Positions 19,652 through 30,028 of a stretch of 64,000 nucleotides of DNA are shown here, piece by piece (the first letter of the stretch is position 1; each line of letters starts with the position of its first letter). Origin of the DNA: Gemmatimonadota bacterium (GTDB taxonomy: Bacteria; Gemmatimonadota; Gemmatimonadetes; Longimicrobiales; Gaopeijiaceae); NCBI GenBank assembly GCA_040882465.1, contig JBBEBG010000026.1, forward strand, positions 195,974 through 259,973, in the 5' to 3' direction. Made by a program: the position numbers and the translations under genes. A model generated the notes under the pieces. That model did no database searches. It saw only the letters and a list, made by a program, of their open reading frames with translations, and was not told where the DNA came from.

Positions 19652-21168
19652 CACAGGTCGTCATACCCAAGCGGCCGTTGATTCTGGGCGGCCTCCTCCT
19701 CGGCGTGATCGCGGATGTTCTCCTGCGGGCCCCGGGTGCGCCCGGGCTCAACCTCGCCCTCTGGGCGCTGGCCCTGGGGGGCGCCACCGGGCTTCTTCAT
19801 CGCCGCAAGACGGGCGCCCCATACCCCGAGGCAACAATTCTCGTCGCAGGCGGCGTTCTCCTGGCCGCCACCATCGCTTGGCGAGATTCGGAGGCGCTCA
19901 AGCTGCTCGCCCTGGCGGGATCGGCAACGGCCTTCGCGCTCCCGGCGTACCGGGCCGGTGCGTCCTGGGTGCGGCGGACCCATGTGTTCGAATACGGCGG
20001 GGCGATCGCCGCCGCCATGGCCAGCTCGGCATTCGGATGCCTCTTCCTCGCTTTCGACGGCCCGGACGACTCCCGTGCGGCCCCCGCCGCCGGGGTCGGA
20101 TGGTGGCGACGACTCGGTCCGGTGCTTCGCGGGGCGGCGCTCGCGCTCCCCGTCCTCCTGGTCGTAGGAGCCCTCTTCGCGGCGGCAGACCCCGTATTCG
20201 CGGACTTCATGGCCCGCCTGGTCCGATTCGACCTGGAACGGATCTTCGAACACCTCTTCGTCACCGGACTCTTCGCGTGGATCGCGACTGGATACCTTCG
20301 AAGCTTCCTCGGGAGGTCTCCTCTGGCCGAGGTCGGCCGGTTGGTGAGCTGGCGGCCCTCCTTGGGCGCGGGCGAGACCGCGACGGCGCTCGCACTTCTC
20401 GATCTCCTCTTCCTCGTCTTCGTGGCCGTGCAGCTCCGCACCTTCTTCGGCGGCGCCGCCTTCGTCGAGGCTACGCCCGGGCTCAGCTTCGCCGAATACG
20501 CGCGCGAAGGTTTCTTCGAGCTCGTGGCCGTGGGGGCCATCGTGATCCCCTTCCTTCTGGCGGCCGACCAGATGATGCGGCGCGACTCCTCGAGGGACGA
20601 GCGGGTCTTCCGCGCCCTCGCCGGCCTTCAAGTCCTCCTCCTCGCCGCCGTGATGGCGTCCGCCATCCAGAGGCTCCGACTCTACCTCGCCGAGTACGGC
20701 CTCACGGAGGCGCGTTTCTTCGCCGCAGCTTTCCTGGGATGGCTCGCCCTCTTGCTCGTCTGGTTCACAGCCACCGTGCTCCGAGGGCGACGCAGGCCCT
20801 TCGCCTTCGGTGCGCTTCTCATGGGTTTCGGCTGGATCGCGGCACTGATTCTGACGAATCCGGATGCCGCGATCGTCCGCGCGAACGTGGCCAGGGAAGG
20901 CACCGGTGTGGAGTTCGACGCGGCATACGTCACACGGTTGAGCGCGGACGCCGTTCCGACCCTCGTCGCCTCGCTTCCGGCTCTCACTCCGGTGGCGCAC
21001 TGTCGGGTCGCCCGGTCTCTTCTCGACCGATGGGGGACGCCCCCGATGGGGGACTGGAGAAGCTGGAGCCTCTCGGCCTGGAGAGCTCGGGTGGTGGTTG
21101 CGCGGGAGCGGGTGGCACTCACCGCCGCCCTGGGGGAAATGGACGACTGCCCCGACGGCACGACTTAG
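19648..21168 (+). CDS. DUF4173-like polytopic membrane protein
   Basis: ATG 19648 overlaps the uppS stop (ATGA). About 506 aa and highly hydrophobic. The family assignment is tentative. Confidence 0.55.
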   Translation: MTQVVIPKRPLILGGLLLGVIADVLLRAPGAPGLNLALWALALGGATGLLHRRKTGAPYPEATILVAGGVLLAATIAWRDSEALKLLALAGSATAFALPAYRAGASWVRRTHVFEYGGAIAAAMASSAFGCLFLAFDGPDDSRAAPAAGVGWWRRLGPVLRGAALALPVLLVVGALFAAADPVFADFMARLVRFDLERIFEHLFVTGLFAWIATGYLRSFLGRSPLAEVGRLVSWRPSLGAGETATALALLDLLFLVFVAVQLRTFFGGAAFVEATPGLSFAEYAREGFFELVAVGAIVIPFLLAADQMMRRDSSRDERVFRALAGLQVLLLAAVMASAIQRLRLYLAEYGLTEARFFAAAFLGWLALLLVWFTATVLRGRRRPFAFGALLMGFGWIAALILTNPDAAIVRANVAREGTGVEFDAAYVTRLSADAVPTLVASLPALTPVAHCRVARSLLDRWGTPPMGDWRSWSLSAWRARVVVARERVALTAALGEMDDCPDGTT

Positions 21169-21292
21169 GAGGGCCGCGCCGGTCTTTCCCGCGGCGCTTC
21201 TCTCTTGCCGGTGCGGGGTCCACCCGGGTACGATCCTCGTCGTCCCGCCGTCCTCAGGATTCCCCCTTCTCTCCCGCGGAAGGCGCCCTTCG

Positions 21293-23167
21293 ATGATTCC
21301 CCAGCACCTGATCCCGACATCGCTCGTTCTGGGAGCCTTTCTCGCCGTCAACGCGGCGGGAGCATCCGGGCAGGCACCGCCCGTCTCTCCGCATCCGGGT
21401 GAAGTTCTTTTCCAGCAGCGCTGCAACGTCTGCCATGGGGGAGGAGATCCCCGAGCCCCGACAATCGCCACTCTCCGTTCGATGACCGCCGAACAGCTCA
21501 CCTTCGCACTCACGGAAGGGATCATGGCTCCGCAGGGCTCCACGCTTTCCGCGGAGCAGCGATCCCAATTGATCGCCTATCTGGCCGCCCAGTCGGTTCC
21601 CCAGGAAGAGTGGATCACCTCCATGACATGCACCGCCGCCGCGCGGCGGGTTGCCCTGGAGGGGCCCGTGGCCATGCGGACCGCGGGCGTCGAAGTGACC
21701 GCCTCCCGCATGATCTCCGCCGAGGCGGCAGGACTCTCCCGGGACGATTTCGCGCGGCTCGAGCTGGCCTGGGCGATCGCCTTTCCCGGCGTCACCGGAC
21801 TTCGCGCGGGGCCGGTCATCGTCGGTTCGACGGTCTTTTATTCGGCCGTGAACACGGCGAAGCTCCTCGCCCTCGATACGGAGTCGGGGTGTGTAAAGTG
21901 GGTATACGACTCGCCGACCCCACTCCGCTCGTCGGTCTCGCTCGGAGAGATCGGTGCTCCAGTCCGCCCGGCCCTCTTCTTCGGTGATGCGCGGGGACAG
22001 GTACACGCGGTGGACGCGGAGACCGGCGCGGCGATCTGGATCGCAAGTGGGCGGGCCGACGAGGGGAGCAGCAACATCACGGGCTCCGTCGTCTTCCACG
22101 ACGGAAAGGTGATCGTTCCGCTCTCCGCCTCCGGCGTGGCCGCCGGCTCGAATCCCGACTTCGAGTGCTGCGTCGGACGAGGGGCCGTCGCGGCGCTGGA
22201 CGCCGAGACGGGCCGACGACTCTGGGCGTACGTCACCATGGAGGAAGCCGAATACACCGGCGCGGTGAACTCCGCGGGGGCAAGGCTGCGCGGTCCCTCG
22301 GGGGCTCCCATCTGGTCCACGCCGTCCATCGATGCGCGCCGGGGGCGAGTCTACGTGACGACCGGGGAAAATACCTCGCTTCCGGCTACCGGAACGAGCG
22401 ACGCCGTGATCGCGCTCGACATCGAGACGGGCGAAGCGCTCTGGATCTTCCAGTCGGTCGCGAACGACGTCTGGAACATGGCGTGCGGGGCGCGCCCGGG
22501 TCCGAATTGTCCCAGCGCGGACCAGAGCATTCTGCGGGACTGGGACTTCGGCGGCTCGGCGATCCTGATCGCGCTCGCGGACGGGCGGGAGCTCCTCCTC
22601 GCCGGCCAGAAGTCCGGCCACCTCTGGGCGCTGAATCCGGATGACGGGTCGGTCGTCTGGGAGAGGCGAGTGGGTGAAGGAGGAGCGCTCGGCGGAAACC
22701 ATTGGGGAATCGCGGTGGATGGGGAACGGGTCTTCCTCCCGATCAGTGATCCCGGAGCCGGCGCGAATCGGATGCCCGGGATGTATGCCTTCGGCATCGC
22801 CACCGGAGCACCCGTCTGGGAACATCGGCTGAGTCCCGATTGCCCGCCGGAGCGCGCGGAGCGCGTCCCGGGATGTCAGGCGAGGTTCGGGCTCTCGGCG
22901 ACGCCGTTGGTCGTGGACGGGGCGGTCATCAGTGCCGGGATCGACGGTCGCCTCTACATCTTCGACGGGGAGAGCGGCGAAACCCTCTTCCAATTCGACA
23001 CCGCCCGCCCCTTCGAAGCCATCAATGGAGTGGAGGGCCACGGCGGCTCGATTGATGCGCACTCCATCGCGGCCGGCGCGGGAATGGTCTTCATCGGGTC
23101 GGGATACGGCTCCTTCTCACAGCCGCCTGGAAACGTCCTCCTGGGCTTCCGTCCGGCGGAGAACTGA
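21293..23167 (+). CDS. secreted c-type cytochrome fused to a PQQ-like beta-propeller repeat domain
   Basis: Signal peptide. CNVCHGG haem-binding motif near the N-terminus. Repeated W-containing beta-propeller blades (GQVHAVDAETGAAIW, LWALNPDDGSVVW, GRLYIFDGESGETLF). ORF 21098.. trimmed to ATG 21293. Confidence 0.7.
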   Translation: MIPQHLIPTSLVLGAFLAVNAAGASGQAPPVSPHPGEVLFQQRCNVCHGGGDPRAPTIATLRSMTAEQLTFALTEGIMAPQGSTLSAEQRSQLIAYLAAQSVPQEEWITSMTCTAAARRVALEGPVAMRTAGVEVTASRMISAEAAGLSRDDFARLELAWAIAFPGVTGLRAGPVIVGSTVFYSAVNTAKLLALDTESGCVKWVYDSPTPLRSSVSLGEIGAPVRPALFFGDARGQVHAVDAETGAAIWIASGRADEGSSNITGSVVFHDGKVIVPLSASGVAAGSNPDFECCVGRGAVAALDAETGRRLWAYVTMEEAEYTGAVNSAGARLRGPSGAPIWSTPSIDARRGRVYVTTGENTSLPATGTSDAVIALDIETGEALWIFQSVANDVWNMACGARPGPNCPSADQSILRDWDFGGSAILIALADGRELLLAGQKSGHLWALNPDDGSVVWERRVGEGGALGGNHWGIAVDGERVFLPISDPGAGANRMPGMYAFGIATGAPVWEHRLSPDCPPERAERVPGCQARFGLSATPLVVDGAVISAGIDGRLYIFDGESGETLFQFDTARPFEAINGVEGHGGSIDAHSIAAGAGMVFIGSGYGSFSQPPGNVLLGFRPAEN

Positions 23168-23188
23168 GCGGTTCTCGATACCCAGCTT

Positions 23189-24790
23189 TCACCCCTGTCG
23201 CGCCTGCGACTCCGCGATCGCTGCCAAGAAGGCCGTCCCATACCGCTCCAGCTTCGCCGGCCCCACGCCGGGAACCTCGAGTAGTTCGCCGGAAGTCGAG
23301 GGCCGCCGCGCCGCCATCTCCCGGAGGACCTTGTCGCCGAACACGATGTACGCTGGGACACCCTGACGATCGGCGATCTCCTTCCGCAGGACCCGAAGTC
23401 GGGCGAAGAGGGGGTCATCGGCCGCCGTAACGCCCACGGTGAGCCGGTCAGCGGCTCGCGCGGGGGCAGCCCGGCCAACACTCGCCCCCGCCACCCGCGC
23501 GGCGACCGACACGCCTCGGCACACATCGCACGAAGCGCTGCAGCTCCCGATCCGCTCATCGAAGTGCCCCACGATGGATTCGTGTCGGCACCCGCCGGCC
23601 TCCACCAGGCGGAAGAGGTGTACGCTCGCTTCGCGCTTCTCCCGCCAGAGCTCGGGATCCTCGATCTCCGCAAGGAAGCGCTCGTGCTGCTTCACGTCGG
23701 CCCACGAGTAAAAGAGGACGCAGTCGCTCTCCAAGCCGTCGCGTCCGGCGCGGCCCATCTCCTGGTACCAGGACTCCACGTCCTTCGGCATGTCGCGATG
23801 GATCACGAATCGGACGTTCGGCTTGTCGATTCCCATCCCGAAGGCGACGGTCGCCACGACGACGTCCACCTCGTCCCGTCGAAAGGCCTCCTGATTTCGG
23901 GTTCGGACGGCATCGTCGAGCCCGGCATGGTAGGGGAGGGCCCGGACGCCGTTGCGGGTCAGATACGTCGTGGTTTGCTCTACCGTCCGCCGCGACAAGC
24001 AGTAGATGATCCCCGCCTCACCGGCATGCTCCCGCACGAGTGCGAGGATCTCCCGCTTCGTCTCGCCCTCTCCCTTCTTGCGACAGCCGATGTGGAGGTT
24101 GGGCCGGAAGAACGAGCCTTTGTAGCCGGCGGGGCTCCGCATCCCGAGTTGGCCGACAATGTCGCGAGCCACCGCATGCGTGGCCGTGGCCGTCAACGCG
24201 AGCACCGGTACCTCGAGCGCCTCGCTCAGTCCGCGGAGACGCCGGTAGGCCGGGCGAAAGTCGTGCCCCCATTGGGAAATGCAGTGTGCCTCGTCCACGA
24301 CGAGGAGCGATACCGGGCACTCGAGGACGAACTCCCGGAGGGGCCCATCCAATGCTTCCGGAGCCAGGAAAACCAGCTCGAGCTCGCCCCGGCGGAACGC
24401 TCCGAGCCGGCTGCGGCGCTCCTCGGGATCGAGCGTCGAGTCGATCTGTGCCGTCCGGAAGTCCAGCTCCCGGAGGGCGTCCACCTGATCCTTCATCAGG
24501 CTGATCAGGGGTGAGATCACGAGGACCGTGCCTTCCAGGATCCGCGCGGGGACCTGATAGGTGAGCGACTTCCCCGCCCCCGTGGGCATGACCGCGATGC
24601 AGTCCCTTCCCACGAGCACCGCATCGATCACCTCCCGCTGGCCCGGTCGGAAGGAGGGATATCCGAAGACGTGCTGGAGGACGGACTGCGGATCCGAGGG
24701 GTCGCCGCCGCTTTCCGGCCCGGCGGGACCGGCCGGGCGAGGCCCTGCGGCCCCGAGATCGAGATCGTGCTGCATGGCGATGTGCGACAT
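23189..24790 (-). CDS. recQ: ATP-dependent DNA helicase RecQ
   Basis: [53 protein letters not shown], RecQ-C zinc finger (CxxxC...CDVC) and a C-terminal HRDC-like segment. Confidence 0.9.
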   Translation of the reverse strand: MSHIAMQHDLDLGAAGPRPAGPAGPESGGDPSDPQSVLQHVFGYPSFRPGQREVIDAVLVGRDCIAVMPTGAGKSLTYQVPARILEGTVLVISPLISLMKDQVDALRELDFRTAQIDSTLDPEERRSRLGAFRRGELELVFLAPEALDGPLREFVLECPVSLLVVDEAHCISQWGHDFRPAYRRLRGLSEALEVPVLALTATATHAVARDIVGQLGMRSPAGYKGSFFRPNLHIGCRKKGEGETKREILALVREHAGEAGIIYCLSRRTVEQTTTYLTRNGVRALPYHAGLDDAVRTRNQEAFRRDEVDVVVATVAFGMGIDKPNVRFVIHRDMPKDVESWYQEMGRAGRDGLESDCVLFYSWADVKQHERFLAEIEDPELWREKREASVHLFRLVEAGGCRHESIVGHFDERIGSCSASCDVCRGVSVAARVAGASVGRAAPARAADRLTVGVTAADDPLFARLRVLRKEIADRQGVPAYIVFGDKVLREMAARRPSTSGELLEVPGVGPAKLERYGTAFLAAIAESQARQG

Positions 24791-24946
24791 CCGCTACGAG
24801 GAGGGGAGAGGCTCCGCATGATGACGGCACCGCGAGGGCGCGTCCAGGGCTTAAATGGGGATTCCGCACACTGGTGCACCGGTCGAATAGGATCCGGACA
24901 GATTCACCCCGGGTACGGATGAACAAGCACCCGCAGTGGAGGAACC

Positions 24947-26212
24947 ATGTTCGAGCTCACCCGAACTTTCCAATCGGCCGCGGCGCCACGTTCCGTCCGA
25001 GTCGCTCTCGCGGCGGTCGTCGCCGCGCTCACATTCGGGTGCACGCAGTCCTCCCGAATCACCGACCCCCTCCCACCGCCCCCCGGCCTGACCGTTCAGG
25101 GGCACCAGGTCTCCCTTGCGAACACTTCCTTCGGGCTCGGGCTCCTCACCCGCGTCCTCGAGGAAGAGACGGAGCCCAATGTCCTCCTCTCGCCCCTCAG
25201 CGCCTCCATGGCGCTCGGGATGACGCTGAATGGCGCGGTCGGCGAGACCTACGACGCGATGCGCGGGGCGCTCGGATTCGGGACGCTCTCCGAGGACGAG
25301 GTGAATGCGGCGTATCGCAACCTCATCGACCACCTGCGCGGGCTGGATCCGGACGTCGGGTTCGGCCTCGCGAACTCGGCGTGGCACGAGGAGTCCTTCC
25401 CGGTGAAGGCGCCCTTTCTCGACGCGGCGCGCATCCATTTCGACGCGGAGGTGCGCGCCCTCGACTTCTCCGATCCGGGCGCCCCCGGCGTGATCAGCGG
25501 GTGGGCCGAAGAGAAGACGGGCGGGCGCATCAAGGATCTCGTCACCAAGATCGATCCGGACGAGATGCTCTTCCTCGTGAACGCGGTTTACTTCAAAGCC
25601 CCGTGGGCTCTCCCCTTCAACGAATTTGGCACTCAGGCGGGGGCCTTTCGAACCCTCGCGGGCGCGGAGGCCACCGTGCCGCTCATGACGCTCGACGGTC
25701 CGGTCCTTCATTCGTCGGACGACCGGATCCAGGCGGTGGAGCTGCTTTACGCGGATAGCGCCTACGCGATGCTCGTGGTGGGTCCGGCGGAGGGAGGAAC
25801 CCTGGACGATGTGGAAGATGCGCTTACTCCGACCGGCCTCGCCGCGATCGTCGAGTCCCTCTCTTCGTCGCGCATCCTCCTGACCCTCCCGAAATTCCGG
25901 TTCGAGTACGACATCCGGCTCGATCCGGCGCTGACCGCGCTCGGGATGGGGATCGCCTTCGACCCCTGGCAGTCCAACTTCACTCGGATCGCCGACCGCG
26001 ACGACCTCTACATCACCCGGGTCGAGCAGAAGGCCTTCATAGACGTGCACGAGTTGGGGACCGAGGCCTCCGCGGCGACGTCTGTGGGCGTCGGCATCAC
26101 CTCGCTCCCACCACAGCTCACCTTCGGTCGGCCCTTCTACTTCCTGATCCGCGAACGCGCCGGCGGTGCGATCCTCTTCCTCGGCCGGGTGGGCGATCCC
26201 TCCCTGAATTGA
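24947..26212 (+). CDS. serpin (serine protease inhibitor) lipoprotein
   Basis: Lipobox LTFGC. Serpin fold throughout (NVLLSPLSASMALGMTLNGA...FLVNAVYFKAPW...). Hinge GTEASAATS before the reactive-centre loop, and C-terminal FLIRE motif. Confidence 0.85.
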   Translation: MFELTRTFQSAAAPRSVRVALAAVVAALTFGCTQSSRITDPLPPPPGLTVQGHQVSLANTSFGLGLLTRVLEEETEPNVLLSPLSASMALGMTLNGAVGETYDAMRGALGFGTLSEDEVNAAYRNLIDHLRGLDPDVGFGLANSAWHEESFPVKAPFLDAARIHFDAEVRALDFSDPGAPGVISGWAEEKTGGRIKDLVTKIDPDEMLFLVNAVYFKAPWALPFNEFGTQAGAFRTLAGAEATVPLMTLDGPVLHSSDDRIQAVELLYADSAYAMLVVGPAEGGTLDDVEDALTPTGLAAIVESLSSSRILLTLPKFRFEYDIRLDPALTALGMGIAFDPWQSNFTRIADRDDLYITRVEQKAFIDVHELGTEASAATSVGVGITSLPPQLTFGRPFYFLIRERAGGAILFLGRVGDPSLN

Positions 26213-26264
26213 GGGGAATGGCACCCCGGGGAACGCCCGCCCCGGCAGGGGGTGACCGAACAGC

Positions 26265-28109
26265 GTGAGTCCCCCCTCCTTCCGCCGGTCGCCCGCAGCC
26301 CAGGGGCCCCTCCCCCCACTTCGCGAACGCCTCCATGCGCTTCGGCTCGTCCCGCGATTTCTCGGGATGGTCTGGCGCACGAGCCCCCTGTACGGCGCCG
26401 GGATCATCGCCGTGCGTGGGCTCGCCGCCTTCGGGCCGGTGGCGATGCTCTGGGTGGGAAAGCTCATCATCGACGGCGTCGTCGAGAACATCGGGGCCGC
26501 GGATCCCGATTGGAATCGGCTCCTGGGGCTCGTGGCCCTCGAGCTAACGATCGCGCTGGTCATGGATGGGCTGGGACGGATCGCGAACCTACTGGAAACC
26601 CTCCTCGGCGATCTCTTCGGGAACCAGATGAGCGTGCTCCTCATGCGGCACGCCGCGACGCTGGACCTCCAACACTTCGAGGACCCGGACTTTTACGACA
26701 AGCTCCAGCGGGCGCGCCGTCAGACCGTGGGGAGGGTCGCGCTCCTGGGCACGCTCCTTCAGATCGGGCAGCAGTTCCTCACCCTCGCCTCGCTCCTGGT
26801 CGCCCTCGTCGCCTACAACGTCTGGCTCCTCGTCATTCTCGTCGTCGCGATCCTTCCGGCTTTTCTCGGAGAGACCCACTTCGCGGGGGTGAGTTACTCC
26901 CTCTTTTTCCGCTGGACTCCGGAACGGAGGGAGCTCGACTACCTCCGCTACGTCGCGGCGAGCGACGCCACGGCGAAGGAGGTCAAGCTCTTCGACCTGT
27001 CGGACCACTTCATCCGTCGCTACTCGGATCTCGCGGACCGTTATTACGAGGCGAATCGGGGGGTGGCCCTGAAGCGGGCCGCGGTAGGGACGGCGCTCGC
27101 GGGGCTGTCCACGGTCGCTTATTACGGAGCGGTCGCCTTCATCGTCGTCCAGGCGGTCGGGGCGGTGATCACCATCGGGACGCTGACCTTTTTGATCGGC
27201 TCCTTCGACCGCAGCCGCGGGCTCATCCAGTCGGTGCTCCTTCGCGGCGCCTCCATTTACGAAGAGAGCCTCTTCCTCAAGGACCTCTTCGACTTCCTCG
27301 AGATGCGCCCCCGCGTCCCCACACCGGCCGACCCCGTTCCGTTTCCGCGCCCCATCCGTGAGGGATTCGTCTTCAAAGGCGTCGGATTTCGGTATCCCGA
27401 CTCAGAACGGTGGGCGCTCCGCGACGTCTCCTTTCGACTCGGGCCGGGAGAGAGGATCGCCCTCGTGGGGGAAAACGGCGCGGGAAAAACGACGCTCGTC
27501 AAGCTGTTGACCCGACTTTACGATCCATCGGAAGGAACAATTTTGCTAGACGGCCACGATCTTCGGCAATACGACCCCGATGAGCTTCGGGCCGCCGTGG
27601 GTGTCATCTTTCAGGACTTCGTCCGCTACGACATGCGGGTGCGCGAGAACATCGCGGTCGGCCGGATCGAAGCCCGCGACGACGAGGCCCGCATCATGGA
27701 GTCGGCAAGGAAAAGCCTCGCCATGGACGTGGCGGAGCGCCTGGCCGGAGGGCTCGACCAGATGCTGGGTCGCCGGTTCGAGGGCGGCGCGAATCTGAGC
27801 GGAGGGGAGTGGCAGAAGGTCGCCCTGGCACGGGCGTACATGCGCGACGCACAGCTCCTGGTGCTGGACGAACCCACCGCGGCGCTCGATGCCCGCGCCG
27901 AGTTCCAGGTCTTCGAGCGGTTCAGCGAGCTGACCGCCGGAAGAATGGCCGTCCTCATCAGCCACCGGTTCAGCACGGTTCGCATGGCGGACCGGATTCT
28001 GGTGCTCGGCGACGGCCGGATCATCGAGGATGGAAGCCACGAGGAGCTTCTCGCCCTCGGGGGGCAATACGCGGAGCTCTTTACGCTTCAGGCCGCGGGG
28101 TACCGGTAG
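26265..28109 (+). CDS. ABC exporter, fused permease/ATP-binding (MsbA-like)
   Basis: 6-TM domain followed by an NBD (GENGAGKTTL, LSGGEWQKVALARA, LVLDEPTAALD). GTG start; alternative ATG near 26367. Confidence 0.85.
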   Translation: MSPPSFRRSPAAQGPLPPLRERLHALRLVPRFLGMVWRTSPLYGAGIIAVRGLAAFGPVAMLWVGKLIIDGVVENIGAADPDWNRLLGLVALELTIALVMDGLGRIANLLETLLGDLFGNQMSVLLMRHAATLDLQHFEDPDFYDKLQRARRQTVGRVALLGTLLQIGQQFLTLASLLVALVAYNVWLLVILVVAILPAFLGETHFAGVSYSLFFRWTPERRELDYLRYVAASDATAKEVKLFDLSDHFIRRYSDLADRYYEANRGVALKRAAVGTALAGLSTVAYYGAVAFIVVQAVGAVITIGTLTFLIGSFDRSRGLIQSVLLRGASIYEESLFLKDLFDFLEMRPRVPTPADPVPFPRPIREGFVFKGVGFRYPDSERWALRDVSFRLGPGERIALVGENGAGKTTLVKLLTRLYDPSEGTILLDGHDLRQYDPDELRAAVGVIFQDFVRYDMRVRENIAVGRIEARDDEARIMESARKSLAMDVAERLAGGLDQMLGRRFEGGANLSGGEWQKVALARAYMRDAQLLVLDEPTAALDARAEFQVFERFSELTAGRMAVLISHRFSTVRMADRILVLGDGRIIEDGSHEELLALGGQYAELFTLQAAGYR

Positions 28110-28127
28110 GGGCGCCGAATTTCCCTC

Positions 28128-29879
28128 TTACCGGCCGTCCACGAACCGCTCCTCGATCCAGCGTCCGATCATCTCCAGCGCCTCGGGAGCGAAGGTCTCT
28201 TCGATCGTCGCGTATTCCGCCATGAGGCCGGTCTCGGCATGCTGGAAGAGGTGATTGAGCCCGGGGAATACGTGAATGGTGGCGTCAGGATGGTCATCCC
28301 ACGCGTCCTCGAGAATGGGCACGCTTTGCGTCGGAGGGACCTGTAGGTCCCGCTCCCCGTATAGGGCGAGGGCGGGAATCTCGAGATTCTCGAGTGTATC
28401 GATCGGATCGTACACCACAAGATTCCTGTACCAGGGCGACACCATCGTCGGGAGACCGGCCTCCATGTTCGACTGCACTGTTTCGGCCTCCCACACCGCG
28501 CGCAGCGCAGAGCCCTCCTCGGGGGGGAGCCCGGCGATCGCCTCCTCGACGGCCCGGTGGACAGCCTCCCGCGCCCGCTCGACCGTCGTTTCCGAAGCGG
28601 CCGCGTCGATACCGATACGGTTGATCGTCAACCCTTCCTCGAATTGAGTTGCGCCGGAAGCCTCCATGATCGCGCGCGACTGAGCGAGCAAGATCTCCCG
28701 CCCGCTCACCGACGGCCCCGCCAGCATCACAAGGAAGGCCACATCCTCCGTGTCCGCTGCGACTCCGGGCGCGACCCACCCTCCTTCCGAGTGCCCGATC
28801 AGGCCGACGCGGTCCGGATCGATCTCGGGGCGTTCACGAAGGAATGCCACAGCCGCGAGAGCGTCCCCGATATTGTCGCGAATCGTCGCTTCCATGACGT
28901 TGCCCGTGGATCCTCCCACTCCGCGGTCGTCCACACGCAGAACCGCGATCCCGCGGCGGGTCAGGTGGTCCGCGATCACGAGGAAGGGACGATGCCCCAT
29001 GAGGGCTTCGTTTCGGTCCTGCGCGCCCGACCCAGTGATCATCAACGCAGCCGGGAACGGCCCCTCGCCTTCCGGAACCGTGAGCGTCCCGGCGAAACGC
29101 GTCCCATCGTTTGGGTTCTCGTAGGTCACCTCCACTTCCTCGTACGGAAAGGGCGGCACCGGGTCCTGCGGACGCGCGAAGGAGACCGGTCCGTCGCCCC
29201 GCGCCAGCCGCATCTGGATGGAGCTTCCGGCCTGCGTCCAGGTTCCCGCGATCGAATCGCGCCCCGCGGAAACCGTGCCCCGGAAGGCCCCGCTCGCGGA
29301 GGCGATCTCGAAGGCGAGCGTGTCTCTCGAAAGGCTGATGGAAGAGACCGGGATGTTCTCCGCGCCCTGGTCGGGGCTGTCCATGGAAGCGTGGACCTGG
29401 CCGCACGGCGCGGGCGCGAATTCGAAGCCGAGTCTCAGAACGAGGGCGCCCCCCTGATAGAGCCCGCCGTTCCAGTAACCCAGGAGATCCAACGCGGGAT
29501 CGGGGACCGCCAGATCCACGCGGAAAAAGCTCACCGGAATGGATTGACCGGCCGACTGAATGCTGCCGGTCAGCGCATCCCCCTCGATCATCCCCTGAAA
29601 AGTGGCCGATCCGGTCCCGAGGGTGCTCGGGAAGGTCGTGCTCACCGACGCGCCGAGCATCGTCACGGCGGAGAAAGGGTCGGAGCTCGGGTTGGCCCCC
29701 ATCCTGTGAATCGCTCCGCTCCAACTTCCGCCCACGTCGGAGAACTCGAAGGCCCCCCGCACGAGGTTGGCGCCCTGCGCCATCGTCCCGGCCCAACAGC
29801 CGCCCAAGTCCTGAGCGCCCGCGGGAAGGGCACCGGCGAGAATCCCGAACAGGGCGAGAAGGGACGCACGACGTATCAT
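28128..29879 (-). CDS. secreted alpha/beta-hydrolase fold protein with N-terminal beta-rich domain
   Basis: Signal peptide MIRRASLLALFGILAGALPAGAQ. Nucleophile elbow GHSEGG in the C-terminal half. Confidence 0.7.
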   Translation of the reverse strand: MIRRASLLALFGILAGALPAGAQDLGGCWAGTMAQGANLVRGAFEFSDVGGSWSGAIHRMGANPSSDPFSAVTMLGASVSTTFPSTLGTGSATFQGMIEGDALTGSIQSAGQSIPVSFFRVDLAVPDPALDLLGYWNGGLYQGGALVLRLGFEFAPAPCGQVHASMDSPDQGAENIPVSSISLSRDTLAFEIASASGAFRGTVSAGRDSIAGTWTQAGSSIQMRLARGDGPVSFARPQDPVPPFPYEEVEVTYENPNDGTRFAGTLTVPEGEGPFPAALMITGSGAQDRNEALMGHRPFLVIADHLTRRGIAVLRVDDRGVGGSTGNVMEATIRDNIGDALAAVAFLRERPEIDPDRVGLIGHSEGGWVAPGVAADTEDVAFLVMLAGPSVSGREILLAQSRAIMEASGATQFEEGLTINRIGIDAAASETTVERAREAVHRAVEEAIAGLPPEEGSALRAVWEAETVQSNMEAGLPTMVSPWYRNLVVYDPIDTLENLEIPALALYGERDLQVPPTQSVPILEDAWDDHPDATIHVFPGLNHLFQHAETGLMAEYATIEETFAPEALEMIGRWIEERFVDGR

Positions 29880-30028
29880 GGGCGACTTCCTGGAACGAAG
29901 GGCCTAGAGGACAGGGCTCGCGCGAATCGCGAGCCATGACGCCTCAGGTCATTCACGAATCGAAGGGGAAAAATCTTCATCGGGCCGGGCGCTCCCCACG
30001 ATCCTCGAGAACCGGGTTATAGCCCGGC

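Noticed and set aside
19489-21543. 684-aa minus-strand ORF, plus similar long antisense ORFs (9173..11140 -, 34732..36045 -, 37934..39298 -, 6100..7152 -, 55659..56453 +)
   Set aside because: Arg/Gly/Pro/Glu-rich low-complexity translations lying antisense to well-supported genes (DUF4173, corA/potA, nirK, rhodanese, VOC dioxygenase, MacB). These are typical open-frame artefacts of high-GC DNA.
26251-26270. One-base disagreement between line-derived coordinates and ORF-table coordinates (also near 18836)
   Set aside because: Most likely my chunk counting rather than biology. ORF-table coordinates were treated as authoritative.
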